DNA of 38,422 nucleotides from Patescibacteria group bacterium (GCA_024654485.1 JANLHO010000057.1:1-38422), one strand, 5' to 3'; shown: positions 25,568-36,055, numbered from the stretch's first letter. Notes: a model not told the origin generated them from the sequence alone. Numbers and translations are program-made.

Positions 25568-26212
25568 TCATGTGGACGCCGCCTTCGTGGTGTTGCCGTC
25601 GCAGGCGTCGGGCGACCAGAAGCCGAGATGCTGCTCCTCGGCTGCTTTCTGCGCGGCCCTGAAATCGTCGCGGTATTTGTAGTGCTGGCCGCTATAGGTG
25701 TATTCGTGCGCGAATCCGCGCTCTATCATGTATTCGTTGTAGAAAAGTCCGTCGGACGCGCGGAATACGTAGGCGAGCGTACGGCCGTATTTGTCGTATG
25801 TGCCGGATACCGCATCGTACTCCAGCCGCACCCACTGGCCATCAAGCAAGCGGTGCCCCTCCGCGGAGGCCTCTTTACCGAAGCATTGCACTACCTTGCG
25901 CGGGTCCACGACCTCCGGCGTGTCCATCCCGACGAGGCGCAAGCGCACGCTCTCTCCGTGCATAAAAATGTCTATCGTGTCGCCGTCCACCACTTTCAGC
26001 ACTTGGTACGTATTCGGAATCGTCGCGAGAAGCTCTTTTGGCGCAGGGACAGCGGGGGAGGGGGTGGCGCTCATTGCCGCTCCCGCCTCGGTAGATTCCA
26101 CGCCGTTTGGTGTCGCCGCCCACACGCCGCCGTACGCTCCCATCCCGACCGCGCCGAGTGCAAGCGCGCCGCATAGGCCCGCGCACGCATACCACACTCC
26201 GGGGGACTTCAT
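25568..26212 (-). CDS. Thermonuclease (SNase-like) family protein, exported or membrane-anchored
   Basis: KVVDGDTI, VRLRLVGMDTPE, DKYGRTLAYV, GFA; N-terminal hydrophobic segment. Confidence 0.93.
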   Translation of the reverse strand: MKSPGVWYACAGLCGALALGAVGMGAYGGVWAATPNGVESTEAGAAMSATPSPAVPAPKELLATIPNTYQVLKVVDGDTIDIFMHGESVRLRLVGMDTPEVVDPRKVVQCFGKEASAEGHRLLDGQWVRLEYDAVSGTYDKYGRTLAYVFRASDGLFYNEYMIERGFAHEYTYSGQHYKYRDDFRAAQKAAEEQHLGFWSPDACDGNTTKAAST

Positions 26213-26266
26213 ACAGAGATTATATCCCGCGATTGCACTCGACGGATTTCCGCGTACTATTTTCCA

Positions 26267-27676
26267 ATGCACTACGTTTCCACGCGCGGAGGGGGTGAGC
26301 CGCAGACATTCTCCAAGATACTGCTTGAGGGTCTATCGGCCGACGGCGGCCTTTATGTGCCGGAAGAATATCCGCAAGTGACGACCGAAGAGCTTGCGAA
26401 TATGCGCGGTATGAGCTACTCCGAGCTCGCCTTCGCCGTTCTCTCCAAATATATAGACGACATTCCTCCGGAGGAGCTGCGTAAGATGATATCTGAGACG
26501 TATACGAAAGAAGTGTTCGGCACCGATGAAGTAGTTCCGGTGCGCGAGTTGGGAAAAGGACTATTCCTTCTGAATCTCTCCGAAGGCCCTACGCTCGCTT
26601 TCAAAGACATCGCCTTGCAGCTTCTGGGCAGGCTCTTTGAGCACGCGCTCGCGCGAAGCGGCGAGGAGCTCAATATTTTCGGGGCCACTTCGGGCGACAC
26701 TGGAAGCGCCGCGGAATACGCGATGCGCGGCCGCAAGGGCATTCGCGTCTTCATGCTCTCTCCGCACGAGCGCATGAGCCCTTTCCAGCGCCGGCAGATG
26801 TACACGCTTCAGGACGAAAATATTTTCAACATCGCCGTTCTGGGCACTTTTGACGATTGTCAGGACGTGGTGAAGCAGGTGAATGCCGATGCCGCTTTCA
26901 AGAGCCGCTATCATCTCGGTGCCGTCAATTCCATCAATTGGGCGCGCATCGCGGCGCAGGTCGTCTACTACTTCTGGGGATACTTCAAAGCCACGCGTTC
27001 AAACGACGAACAGGCGGATTTCTCCGTCCCGACGGGCAATTTCGGCGACATACTCGCGGGCTACATAGCCAAGCGAATGGGTCTTCCGGTGAGGAGGCTC
27101 ATCCTCGCGACCAACGAAAACAACGTTCTTGAAGAATTCTTCTCTACCGGCAAGTACCGGCCGCGCACGGGTGCCGAGGTCGCCACCACATCCAGCCCTT
27201 CCATGGACATTTCCAAGGCCTCAAATTTTGAGCGCTATGTATTTGACCTAGTCGGGCGCGACGGCACGCGAATGCGGGAGCTTTGGGATGCGCTCGGCAG
27301 TGAAGGCGCTTTTGATGTCGCCGATTCGGAAGATTTCGCGCGAGTCGGGGAGAGCGGCATCGTCGCCGGCTCCTCCGCGCACGCCGACCGCGTCCGGACG
27401 ATACGCGCCATCTTTGAGAAATACGGCGTCCTCATAGACCCGCATACGGCCGATGGGGTCGCCACCGGTCTGCGGCTTCGCGAGGGGGGCGTGCCGCTTA
27501 TCTGCCTCCAGACCGCGCTGCCGGAGAAATTCGCCGACACGATACGCGAGGCGATAGGACGCGAGCCGGAGGCGAGCGCGCGCTACGCGAAGCTCGCGGA
27601 CATGCCGGAGCGTTTTGAGGTATTCCCGCCAGAGGCGGAGAAGCTAAAACAATTCATAGCGGCGCACGCGCGTTGA
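26267..27676 (+). CDS. thrC: Threonine synthase
   Basis: YVSTRG, GPTLAFKD (PLP Lys), ATSGDTGSAA, NSINWAR, VPTGNFG, SPSMDI. Confidence 0.96.
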   Translation: MHYVSTRGGGEPQTFSKILLEGLSADGGLYVPEEYPQVTTEELANMRGMSYSELAFAVLSKYIDDIPPEELRKMISETYTKEVFGTDEVVPVRELGKGLFLLNLSEGPTLAFKDIALQLLGRLFEHALARSGEELNIFGATSGDTGSAAEYAMRGRKGIRVFMLSPHERMSPFQRRQMYTLQDENIFNIAVLGTFDDCQDVVKQVNADAAFKSRYHLGAVNSINWARIAAQVVYYFWGYFKATRSNDEQADFSVPTGNFGDILAGYIAKRMGLPVRRLILATNENNVLEEFFSTGKYRPRTGAEVATTSSPSMDISKASNFERYVFDLVGRDGTRMRELWDALGSEGAFDVADSEDFARVGESGIVAGSSAHADRVRTIRAIFEKYGVLIDPHTADGVATGLRLREGGVPLICLQTALPEKFADTIREAIGREPEASARYAKLADMPERFEVFPPEAEKLKQFIAAHAR

Positions 27677-27685
27677 TTTGGCACG

Positions 27686-27729
27686 CCCCCACACCGACTT
27701 TTTTGGAAAAGTCGGTGTGGGGGTATAAT
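27686..27729. repeat. Family B palindrome directly followed by TATAAT
   Basis: cccccacaccgactttt / aaaagtcggtgtggggg then TATAAT (27724-27729), ATG 7 nt later. Confidence 0.85.
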
Positions 27730-27736
27730 GCACGCC

Positions 27737-28420
27737 ATGAAAAAGGTCACAGGCCTCATCATCGCCGCTCTCGCGCTTGCCGCTCTCGCGCAGATCGTCA
27801 TCGTCTACGCGCCGCGCCCTTCCGGCTCCGCATCTCCCGCGCAGGGACAGAGCGGCGGCACGCAGCTGACCATCGCGCGGATACACGAGCAGACACCGGC
27901 GTACGATATAGATGCGCAGTATCCGCAATTTGGACTGCCCGCCATTGATTCGCAGATAAAATATGCGGTGGAGGGTGCTGTCGCCGAGTTCAAAACTCTT
28001 CCGCCGAATCCGCCGGACTCTGCGACGACGCAAAATCAGTTCACGGGCACTTTTGATAAGGTTTACGCCGGCTCCGACACGGTATCCCTTGAGCTTATCC
28101 TCTCGCAATACACGGGCGGCGCGCACCCCATGACCCTTTTCGCGGGGCTAAACTTTGACCGCGCGACGGGTCGCTTGCTGCTCCTTGATGACGCACTCAA
28201 CCTAATCGGCAAAACGGTGCAGGAAGTTTCCGATGCCGCAAGCGCGCAATTCAGAGAGGAATTCGGCGACGCCTTCTTCTCCGAGGGCGCAACGGATAAT
28301 CCGGAGAATTTCAGCTCATTCATAATCTCCGCCGACGAAGTGACATTTATCTTCCAACAATACCAAGTGGCCGCCTACGCCGCCGGCGCGCAGGAGGTCT
28401 CCTTCCCCCGCGTGCGGTAA
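27737..28420 (+). CDS. RsiV/DUF3298-like exported protein
   Basis: N-terminal TM/signal; YPQF, YTGGAHP, NFDRATGRLLLL, FQQYQVAAYAAG. Confidence 0.75.
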   Translation: MKKVTGLIIAALALAALAQIVIVYAPRPSGSASPAQGQSGGTQLTIARIHEQTPAYDIDAQYPQFGLPAIDSQIKYAVEGAVAEFKTLPPNPPDSATTQNQFTGTFDKVYAGSDTVSLELILSQYTGGAHPMTLFAGLNFDRATGRLLLLDDALNLIGKTVQEVSDAASAQFREEFGDAFFSEGATDNPENFSSFIISADEVTFIFQQYQVAAYAAGAQEVSFPRVR

Positions 28421-28539
28421 AGTCGGCAAAACAAGCTCCAAAAAGAGGTAATACCATGTAAATACAACTGAATAAGTTGGATGACCTAAACCATCGGCAA
28501 CGGTGGCATGGTCTCAAATCATAAGGCATAGAGAACCCG

Positions 28540-28812
28540 TCATTCAGGGTTTTTCGTTTCTAATCCCTCCTGATATCGCTCGATGAGCATCTCTTTCTTG
28601 CCGCAGCGCCACTTTTTTATCTGAATCTCACGCTTTCGCGCGTCGGCAAGCGCTTCGTATTGCTCTAAGAAAACTATCTCGAAAGTCGGGATTCTTCTTG
28701 TGAACTGTGCGCCGCGCCTGGCGTTGTGATGGGCGAGTCGTTGTTGTGGGTTATTAGTAACACCGACGTAGAGTTTGCTTGCGGAGTTGCGAATCATGTA
28801 GACGAAATACAT
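28540..28812 (-). CDS. Small GIY-YIG nuclease (UPF0213-like)
   Basis: YFVYMI...LYVGVT...RLAHHN...GAQFT...ARKREIQIKKW. Confidence 0.9.
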   Translation of the reverse strand: MYFVYMIRNSASKLYVGVTNNPQQRLAHHNARRGAQFTRRIPTFEIVFLEQYEALADARKREIQIKKWRCGKKEMLIERYQEGLETKNPE

Positions 28813-28825
28813 CTACATATTTTAG

Positions 28826-28918
28826 TCCCTCGACGTTGCTCGGGACACCCGCCGCGCCCGAATGTAAGGTGGCTTGCCACGAGCAAGCCCCTCCTTTAGG
28901 AGGGGCGCGTCGAGTGGA
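28826..28918. repeat. REP-like branched hairpin between tmRNA and the GIY-YIG gene
   Basis: ctcgacg/cgtcgag, ttgctcg/cgagcaa and gcccctcc-ttta-ggaggggc stems. Confidence 0.65.
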
Positions 28919-29302
28919 GATGGAGGGAATTGCACCCTCGTCCAGAGAAGAGAATATGAACGCTTCTACACAACGTAGATCATCTTGAAGATTTAAGCGA
29001 TGCGCCTTAAAGATGAACGAAACGGCGCACTGCCGAGTCCCATTTCTTAGATACGGGCGGGACAGATCCGCATCAGTACTTGAAGTTTTTTTACGCCCTT
29101 TCAAGCTTGATCAAGCTTCGGCCTGAAGGACGGCGCTTAGGCAACGTATGCGTAAGCGGGCTGCAAGTCTGCCATCTGGATAGGTGACAAAATTGCCCGT
29201 GCTACTTTGTTCGCACTTGGATTTTGAGGCAGTTTCAAAAGATGCCCCAACTTTGTTGTGCACGCACATACTCCTATTTCCCTGTCGAAACTGATCATCC
29301 CC
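28915..29302 (-). ncRNA. ssrA: tmRNA; predicted tag (A)ANKVARAILSPIQMADLQPAYAYVA encoded at 29214-29137
   Basis: 5' GGGGAUG pairs with 3' CAUCUCC-A (G3:U wobble); GTTTCGAC 5' motif; T arm GAGGG-TGCAATT-CCCTC; directly downstream of smpB. Confidence 0.93.
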
Positions 29303-29348
29303 CACCTCCGATCACCGGAGTGATCAGAGGTGGGGAGGGACCAACAGG

Positions 29349-29789
29349 CTATTTTTTCAAAGTCCTCTCAATGCGGCGTTTCTCCTCGCGCGCCCGGATA
29401 TACTGACGTTTGTCCTCTTTTTTCTTTCCGCGGGCTATCGCGATGGCTACCTTCAGTTTTCGGTTTTTATTATACACTCGCAAAGGCACTATTGTCAATC
29501 CCTTCTCACCCTCCGCGGAGGCCACATGGGCTATTTCTTTGCGCGAAAGCAGCAGACGGCGCGAGCGCTCAGGATCATAGCTTTTGGGGGCATTGGCTAT
29601 CTGCCACGCCGGTATGCTCGCACCCACGAGATATGCCTCGCCACCGCGCGCGACCACCCGCGCGCCCTTCAGCGAACCCCTTCCGGCACGAAGTGACTTC
29701 ACCTCAAAGCCGTGCAGCTCAATGCCCGCCTCAATCTCTTCAAGAAGCGTGTACTCAAGCCCAATTTTCTTGTTTTCAATCAAACTCAT
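29349..29789 (-). CDS. smpB: SsrA-binding protein SmpB
   Basis: EAGIELHGFEVKSLR, PERSRRLLL, GLTIVPL, ARGKKKEDKR. Confidence 0.97.
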   Translation of the reverse strand: MSLIENKKIGLEYTLLEEIEAGIELHGFEVKSLRAGRGSLKGARVVARGGEAYLVGASIPAWQIANAPKSYDPERSRRLLLSRKEIAHVASAEGEKGLTIVPLRVYNKNRKLKVAIAIARGKKKEDKRQYIRAREEKRRIERTLKK

Positions 29790-29888
29790 ACTGTCATGGC
29801 TTTTTTGCTTGCCCCGTAGCTCCGCCGAAGGCGGATGGTACCGGGGTTCTCCACGAGGCTCATGCGAAGACTATATCATCCGCGTGTC

Positions 29889-31460
29889 TCAAGCGGCTTT
29901 GCTTTTGGCTCCATCCCCAAATTCTTCCAAAACATCCTCACTCCTGCCAAGCGCGAGCATGTATGCGGAAATCTGTGCAAAATCCCGCAACTTCGCACGT
30001 TTTTCTTCGCGCCTCTCCATAAAGTTACTTGATCCCTCCTTATCCCGTCTACCGGTGACGGTCAGTATCACGGGCTCTCCCTGATATCCCCCTGTAGCTG
30101 ACGCTGAGCGGGTCTCAAATGCACACAGACCGCGATCCATAAGTAGCTTTACTACGGCGCGCTCGTGGGGCCTCAAGAGCTCGTCGGCCTCGCTTGGGCC
30201 AACCCCCTTTTCGCCATTACGCTCGGCAAGAACATCAGCCACCCCTCGCATCTGCTCATCTGTGAAGTTGGAGAGAAATTCATTCGCGAGTCCCATATAC
30301 GTCGTGTCTTGCAGAGTGCCGGGGTTTTCCCACGCGTTTATCTTCTGCTTTAGGTAATACGGGTCCAGCCCTCTCTGCATTGCTACGATGATATCCATCA
30401 TTATTGAAACATGGTCCCTGTTTTCATAGACGACGTACGTCGGTGATTTTCCGGCCGCGTCCGCTGCTTTTATCAGGTCGTTCGTTCCCCCCTCCATGTC
30501 TATAGGAACAAAACCATCGTTCACACCTGCATAAACCTTATGCTTGTCGCCGACCGGAAGGTACTCAAGGTTATTTATTTGCGTGAACTCTGCTATCAAT
30601 TTGTGGTACTCATATTTTGTCATTCCCGTGCGCTCCAAGTATTGCGCCAGATACTCCACCACCCATGTGGAGAACATGCCATACGCTATGCTAATGCCGG
30701 GAGACACGGCAATGAACTCATCCACCGGCCGCCCCCGCTCTTTCCCTATCTGGTTGGCCGTGTAGTAGCCCAGGTGAGTCCCCGCGGAATAGGAGAAGAT
30801 TTTTATCTTTTTGTTGGGATATTGCGCGATGATGTGGTCAACCGCCTCTTTGACGGCCAGTGTAGCGCGAATGCATTGCTCGGGAGTGTAGCCCGCTATT
30901 CCCGCAGGCCCGTTGAACACGAACGCCGTACCTTCTTTGGGTAAGGAGTCAAGTACTCCCGGGACCCCCAAGAACCTTGCTGCCGCGTCTTTCGCTCTTT
31001 CTGCGATCGTCGTTGTCCCCAGTATTTTCTTCATGTCACTTTCCTGATAGGCGCTTCCGAGTCCGGGAAAGCATATCCATATCACATCATCATCCGAATG
31101 CTCTATCTTGCTGATAGTGAAGGACTCGTATTTTATCGGGTCATTATGGCCTTCTATAATAGTTTGTCGCGTGTCTGGCGCGAACATTCGCTCAAACATG
31201 CCTGCGTGCTTCTCCCTCTCCCTGCGCTCCATGTAATCTGCCTCAAATTGGCCCATGGGGATAGCGGAGAGATCCCTTTCATTTACGGAGTTGCGAGGGT
31301 ATTTTCGTGCTCCGAAAGAAGCCCAAGCGGAAGTACGCTCTTCGGGCTTCGTAGAGACGAATTTCCTACCCTCGCCCTCCTCCATCTTTTCACCAAGATA
31401 AGGCGCAGGGATTTCCAAGCCGCTCTTGCGGTGGGTACTCCCCCCTCCTTCCAGTCTCAT
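29889..31460 (-). CDS. Hypothetical protein with alpha/beta-hydrolase-like core
   Basis: FPGLG oxyanion-like, FSYSAG nucleophile elbow, AGVNDGFVP Asp, RDH His; start ATG 31460. Confidence 0.6.
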   Translation of the reverse strand: MRLEGGGSTHRKSGLEIPAPYLGEKMEEGEGRKFVSTKPEERTSAWASFGARKYPRNSVNERDLSAIPMGQFEADYMERREREKHAGMFERMFAPDTRQTIIEGHNDPIKYESFTISKIEHSDDDVIWICFPGLGSAYQESDMKKILGTTTIAERAKDAAARFLGVPGVLDSLPKEGTAFVFNGPAGIAGYTPEQCIRATLAVKEAVDHIIAQYPNKKIKIFSYSAGTHLGYYTANQIGKERGRPVDEFIAVSPGISIAYGMFSTWVVEYLAQYLERTGMTKYEYHKLIAEFTQINNLEYLPVGDKHKVYAGVNDGFVPIDMEGGTNDLIKAADAAGKSPTYVVYENRDHVSIMMDIIVAMQRGLDPYYLKQKINAWENPGTLQDTTYMGLANEFLSNFTDEQMRGVADVLAERNGEKGVGPSEADELLRPHERAVVKLLMDRGLCAFETRSASATGGYQGEPVILTVTGRRDKEGSSNFMERREEKRAKLRDFAQISAYMLALGRSEDVLEEFGDGAKSKAA

Positions 31461-31561
31461 ATAAGGAAAGAATATCACCGAATCCGGCCAGAAAAAACAC
31501 GGTGCGCGCATGCGCCCAAGCCGAGATTTCGCTTAGGATCATGAGCACTAAATGACGTCAC

Positions 31562-31924
31562 TTACCATTGAGAGATCCCTGCGACAATAGGAAGCAGTGA
31601 TAAAAATACCAAAAAAATTGTAGAAGCGTTCGGTGGAATGTCTAAACCAAACCACCGTAGCGCATAGTGGTCTATGCATCCTTTGCTGTAAGTAGGTTGG
31701 CGCTCAGTTTGTCTATATTGATTTTCCCACACGGTGAAAGGGCATCCCCCGTATGTACGCCACGACCACTGTATTACCACCGCGAGCACCAATGCTCCAA
31801 TCGCCACGAATCTTCCGGAGACGGGAGGGTTGCCCCACAACAGCGAGAACGAAACGGCGGGTGATCCGACAACAAATGTTGTAAATAAAAAAGTATGAGT
31901 AAACAAAACAATCTTGGAACGCAT
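31562..31924 (-). CDS. DUF2784-like membrane protein
   Basis: 3 TM segments; CPFTVWENQYR...Y..GCIDHY motif. Confidence 0.65.
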   Translation of the reverse strand: MRSKIVLFTHTFLFTTFVVGSPAVSFSLLWGNPPVSGRFVAIGALVLAVVIQWSWRTYGGCPFTVWENQYRQTERQPTYSKGCIDHYALRWFGLDIPPNASTIFLVFLSLLPIVAGISQW

Positions 31925-32006
31925 ACGGCCGCTATACTTTTGTGAGAGCTATGGTCAAAACTATATCCTACATTCCCCGCGGCGTCTTGCGCGGTATGAT
32001 GTGGGC

Positions 32007-32720
32007 ATGGCGCGCGCGAAAAATACGGAGCCGGGGGAGAAGACGTGGGCTTGGCTCAAGGAGATATGGCGCTTGTTGACGAAATACGCATACGCGGCGC
32101 TATACCGGCATCCGCCTGCGTACTACCTCGGCCTCGCGCAAGACGGCAAGGCACCGCTGGTGCTTTTGCCCGGCCTGACAAATGGATGGTCCACCATGAA
32201 GTACCTCGCCGACAAGCTGGCGCGTCGCGGACACCCCGTCTACATCATCGGGGAGCTTGGCAGCAATATGCAGGCCGTTTCCTCGGCCTCCCACATTGCC
32301 CATTCCTTCATAGAGAGGCATGACCTCCGCGGGGTCATCCTCGTAGCGCATAGCAAAGGAGGCTTGGTGGGGAAGTATTATCTTATGCACGAGAATGCGA
32401 ATGAGCGCGTTCGCGGCATGGTAGCTATCGCCGCGCCCTTCGGCGGCTCGCGTCCGGCGAGAGCGCTCCCGCTTGAAGTGTTTAAGGAGCTTAGCCAAGA
32501 CAGTCCGCTTTTGCGTGAGCTTGCGGAGAGTGTCCAGGTCAACTCCCGCATAGTTTCCATATATCCGGCATACGACACCCACGCGCTCATTCCGGATGGC
32601 AGCCGCCTTGAAGGCGCGCTTGGAAATGTGGAGATACAGACAGGCGGACACAACGCGCTGCTCTTTGACGGCCGCGTCGTCCGCGAGACAATCCATGCGA
32701 TAGAGAAGCTCTCGGCATAG
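32007..32720 (+). CDS. Alpha/beta hydrolase (lipase/esterase-like)
   Basis: LVLLPGL, VAHSKGG elbow, APFGGS, GGHNALL; TATGAT 6 nt before ATG 32007. Confidence 0.88.
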   Translation: MARAKNTEPGEKTWAWLKEIWRLLTKYAYAALYRHPPAYYLGLAQDGKAPLVLLPGLTNGWSTMKYLADKLARRGHPVYIIGELGSNMQAVSSASHIAHSFIERHDLRGVILVAHSKGGLVGKYYLMHENANERVRGMVAIAAPFGGSRPARALPLEVFKELSQDSPLLRELAESVQVNSRIVSIYPAYDTHALIPDGSRLEGALGNVEIQTGGHNALLFDGRVVRETIHAIEKLSA

Positions 32721-32800
32721 CGCTCTCTCTCACGGCCGGCGTTTATCAGACGTCTTTTTCTCTTTGAATCAATGCGCGATTATGTATAATGCGCGTCTAT

Positions 32801-34738
32801 ATGGCAGCTCCTCTTCCACCGCAGAAAAAGCAGCAGTCCAAGGGAGGCGCCGGTACTCCCGCGCCGAAAGGCCCCTCGCTATGGGCGCAAATGGCGGCGG
32901 CGCTCGCCATCTTCCTCATGCTATCCTTTGGCTACTCGCTCGTTCGTCAGTACATCACCGACGAGATAGAGGAAGTCCCCATTTCGCAGATAGCGTCCGA
33001 CATAGACGCGGGCAAGATATCCTCCATATCCGTCGCGGGCAACAAGATCACGGCCACATACACCGATGAGAGCGAGAAGACATCGCGCAAGGAAACCGAA
33101 AGTTCGCTCACGCAGACCCTCTCGGATTACGGTCTTGCACCGGAGCGACTGGCCGGCGTAAACATAACCATCCAAGACGAAGGCGGACTGCGCTTCTGGG
33201 CGCTCACACTTTTGCCGATAATCGTCCCCATACTCTTTCTGTTCGGCATTATCTGGTATCTCTCGCGCCAGATGCGCGGCGCGGGCATGCAGGCCTTCAC
33301 CTTCGGACGCTCAATGGCTCGGCTCACTTCGCCGGAAGATCAGGGGCAAAAGGTGACCTTCAAGGACGTGGCGGGAGCAAAAGAGGCCAAGGACGAGCTC
33401 ACGGAGATAGTTGATTTCCTCAAGAATCCAAAGAAATTCATACAGATAGGGGCGCGCATACCCAAAGGGGTACTCCTAATGGGCGCGCCGGGGACGGGCA
33501 AGACACTGCTCGCACGCGCCGTCGCGGGCGAGGCGGGCGTGCCTTTCTTCTCCATCTCCGGCTCGGAATTCGTGGAGATGTTCGTGGGCGTCGGCGCATC
33601 CCGCGTGCGCGACCTTTTTGCGACGGCGAAGAAGGCCGCGCCCGCCATCATATTCCTTGATGAGATAGACGCCGTCGGGCGCGTGCGCGGCACGGGCGTC
33701 GGCGGCGGCAATGACGAGCGCGAGCAGACTCTCAATCAGATACTCGTGGAGATGGACGGATTTGAACCCAACGAGAAGGTCATAGTCATGGCGGCGACAA
33801 ACCGCCCCGACGTCCTTGACCCCGCGCTCGTCCGCCCCGGCAGATTTGACCGCCGCGTCGTCATAGACCTGCCCGACAGGAAGGACAGGGAAGAGATACT
33901 CGCGATACACGCGCGCCAGAAGCCGCTCGGTGCCGATGTGAAGCTCTCCGTCATCGCGGAGCGCACGCCGGGCTTCTCCGGCGCGGATCTCGCCAATCTC
34001 ATGAACGAAGGCGCAATACTCGCCGCGCGGGAGAACAGAAAAGAGCTGGCGCAATTTGACCTAATCCGCTCAATAGAGAAGGTGATGCTCGGCCCCGAGC
34101 GCAGGAGCCACATCCTCAACAGAAAAGAGAAGGAGATAACCGCCTACCACGAGGGCGGGCACGCGCTAGTCGCCTCCATCCTGCCGTATGCCGACCCCGT
34201 GCACAAGATATCCATAATCAGCCGCGGCCGCGCCGCCGGATACACGCTCAAGCTGCCTTTTGAGGATAAGAAGATGCAATCGCGCAAGGAATTTCTGGAC
34301 GACATCGCCGTTTCCTTGGGTGGCTACGCGGCGGAGAAAATGGTATTCGGCGACATCACGACCGGCGCGTCCAACGACCTGCAGGTTTTGACCGCGCTCG
34401 CGCGCAACATGGTCACGCGCTACGGCATGTCCGACAAGATGGGCCCGCTCGCTTTTGACAGCGCTCAGGGCAAAGCGCTCTTCGGGCAGGGCGTGGAGGG
34501 GGGCGAGCAGTCGCAGGAGGTCGCGGCGCAGATAGACGCGGAGGTGAAGAAAATAGTGGAAGGTGCGCGCAAAAAGGCGGAAAGCATACTGAATAAAAAC
34601 CGCAAGGCGCTGGACGCCATCGCGGCCAAGCTCATGGAGGTGGAAACTCTGGAACGCGACGATTTTGAAAAGCTCCTCATCGCGCACGGGATAACTCCTA
34701 AGAAAAAACAAGACATTGAGCATCAACCTATAGCCTGA
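32801..34738 (+). CDS. ftsH: ATP-dependent zinc metalloprotease FtsH
   Basis: Two TM segments, [42 protein letters not shown]. Confidence 0.99.
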   Translation: MAAPLPPQKKQQSKGGAGTPAPKGPSLWAQMAAALAIFLMLSFGYSLVRQYITDEIEEVPISQIASDIDAGKISSISVAGNKITATYTDESEKTSRKETESSLTQTLSDYGLAPERLAGVNITIQDEGGLRFWALTLLPIIVPILFLFGIIWYLSRQMRGAGMQAFTFGRSMARLTSPEDQGQKVTFKDVAGAKEAKDELTEIVDFLKNPKKFIQIGARIPKGVLLMGAPGTGKTLLARAVAGEAGVPFFSISGSEFVEMFVGVGASRVRDLFATAKKAAPAIIFLDEIDAVGRVRGTGVGGGNDEREQTLNQILVEMDGFEPNEKVIVMAATNRPDVLDPALVRPGRFDRRVVIDLPDRKDREEILAIHARQKPLGADVKLSVIAERTPGFSGADLANLMNEGAILAARENRKELAQFDLIRSIEKVMLGPERRSHILNRKEKEITAYHEGGHALVASILPYADPVHKISIISRGRAAGYTLKLPFEDKKMQSRKEFLDDIAVSLGGYAAEKMVFGDITTGASNDLQVLTALARNMVTRYGMSDKMGPLAFDSAQGKALFGQGVEGGEQSQEVAAQIDAEVKKIVEGARKKAESILNKNRKALDAIAAKLMEVETLERDDFEKLLIAHGITPKKKQDIEHQPIA

Positions 34739-34743
34739 CGAAG

Positions 34744-34787
34744 CCCCGACGCTTTGGTCGGGGTCCCGCCCGCTACGCGCGTCGGGA
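34744..34787. repeat. Double-hairpin REP-like repeat after ftsH
   Basis: ccccgac/gtcgggg followed by tcccg...gtcggga. Confidence 0.55.
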
Positions 34788-34850
34788 AAGAAGGAGGACA
34801 TAGAGCACGCTCCTTTGGCATAGTTGCGCCTTGGTCGCGCGGAGCAGAAG

Positions 34851-34962
34851 ACGGCCGGCGGGATAGTATTTCTCCGGGTACGGATTTTTCCAGCAGGAAA
34901 AATCCTCGGGCTTCGCGCCGCCGCGCTGCAGAGCCCTTCCAAAATACTATCCCGCCGGCCGT
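34851..34962. repeat. Long inverted-repeat element between convergent ftsH and pyrC
   Basis: 21-bp perfect arms acggccggcgggatagtattt / aaatactatcccgccggccgt enclosing ggatttttcc/ggaaaaatcc. Confidence 0.8.
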
Positions 34963-34966
34963 ACTC

Positions 34967-36055
34967 TTACGGCCGTAGCCGCCAACGCATTGTCTCGTTG
35001 CCGAGCCCGTGCCGGGCGCTGGCCACGGGCCATATGTTCACTCCTTCGTCGGTGACTACCGCTTCCGTGACCTGCCAGTCTTTCTTCTCCAGCGTTATTT
35101 TGTTTTCATCAGGTTCCAGTCCGAAAAATCGCGGGCCGTTCGCCGAGAGAAAATCTTCAAGCTTGTCCAATGCGCCTATCTCATCAAAAACCTGCGCGTA
35201 CATCTCCACCGCGACGGGGGAATTGAAAACGCCGAAGGCGCAGCACGATGAGAATTTCTTATTCTCCGGATGCGGCGCGGAGTCGGTGCCGGCGGAAACG
35301 AAAGGCAGACCTTTTTTTATCATCTCGCGCAATCTTTCGCGGTCCTCGCGTCGCTTCACCAGAGGTTTGCAGTGCAGGAGGGCGCGGTAGCCGCCGGAGA
35401 ATGCTTGAGTGCGGTCGTACATAAGATGATGGGGGGTCACTGTAGCGACGAGCTTGCCTTCCTTGCCGTTTTTTTCCATGAAATCTATCGCCTCGGTGGT
35501 ACTCATGTGCTCCAGCGATACTTTCAGCTCGGAGTATGTGTCCAAGAGGCGGGGCAGGGTGTCGGCGATGAAAAGCTTCTCGCCGTCATACGGGTCTTCT
35601 TCCTCGTCTTGGTCGTTTAGGTGTACTTCGCCGTGCAAGAGGAGCGGCATCCCGAGGCGCTCCATCTCTTTCAGTACATCTTTCGCCTCCAGAATGTTGC
35701 GGTAACCCCATTGCGAGTTGGTGGTGGCGCCGAAGGGATATGATTTGACGCCGTATATCCGCACGCCCTCCGCTCCGACAGCCCCGCGCTCTATCTCCGC
35801 AGGCGTCAGATTCTTCGTGAGATAAAAGGTCATGAGGGGGTCAAATCCGCCGGCACTTTCCGGAACGGCCTCTCGTATTTCTCCATAGTATTCAATTGCG
35901 GTACCAAGCGTATCAATAGGCGGCTCGGTATTGGGCATGATGATGGCGTGGCCGAATCGCTCGGCGGAGTAGGGCGTCACGGCGCGCAATACGGAGCCGC
36001 GCCGCAGATGCAAATGCGAATCAAACGGCTTGCGGATGGTAATTGAGTCGGTCAT
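34967..36055 (-). CDS. pyrC: Dihydroorotase (homodimeric, E. coli-like type)
   Basis: FDSHLHLR, IMPN, VKSYPFGATTNS, LLHGE, EH, GTDSAPH; start ATG 36055 behind TATACT. Confidence 0.95.
   Translation of the reverse strand: MTDSITIRKPFDSHLHLRRGSVLRAVTPYSAERFGHAIIMPNTEPPIDTLGTAIEYYGEIREAVPESAGGFDPLMTFYLTKNLTPAEIERGAVGAEGVRIYGVKSYPFGATTNSQWGYRNILEAKDVLKEMERLGMPLLLHGEVHLNDQDEEEDPYDGEKLFIADTLPRLLDTYSELKVSLEHMSTTEAIDFMEKNGKEGKLVATVTPHHLMYDRTQAFSGGYRALLHCKPLVKRREDRERLREMIKKGLPFVSAGTDSAPHPENKKFSSCCAFGVFNSPVAVEMYAQVFDEIGALDKLEDFLSANGPRFFGLEPDENKITLEKKDWQVTEAVVTDEGVNIWPVASARHGLGNETMRWRLRP

Noticed and set aside
28420..28914. Prophage or island integrated at the tmRNA 3' end, or an intron with homing endonuclease
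   Set aside because: No integrase or duplicated tmRNA 3' end was seen in the window; the GIY-YIG gene lies outside an uninterrupted tmRNA
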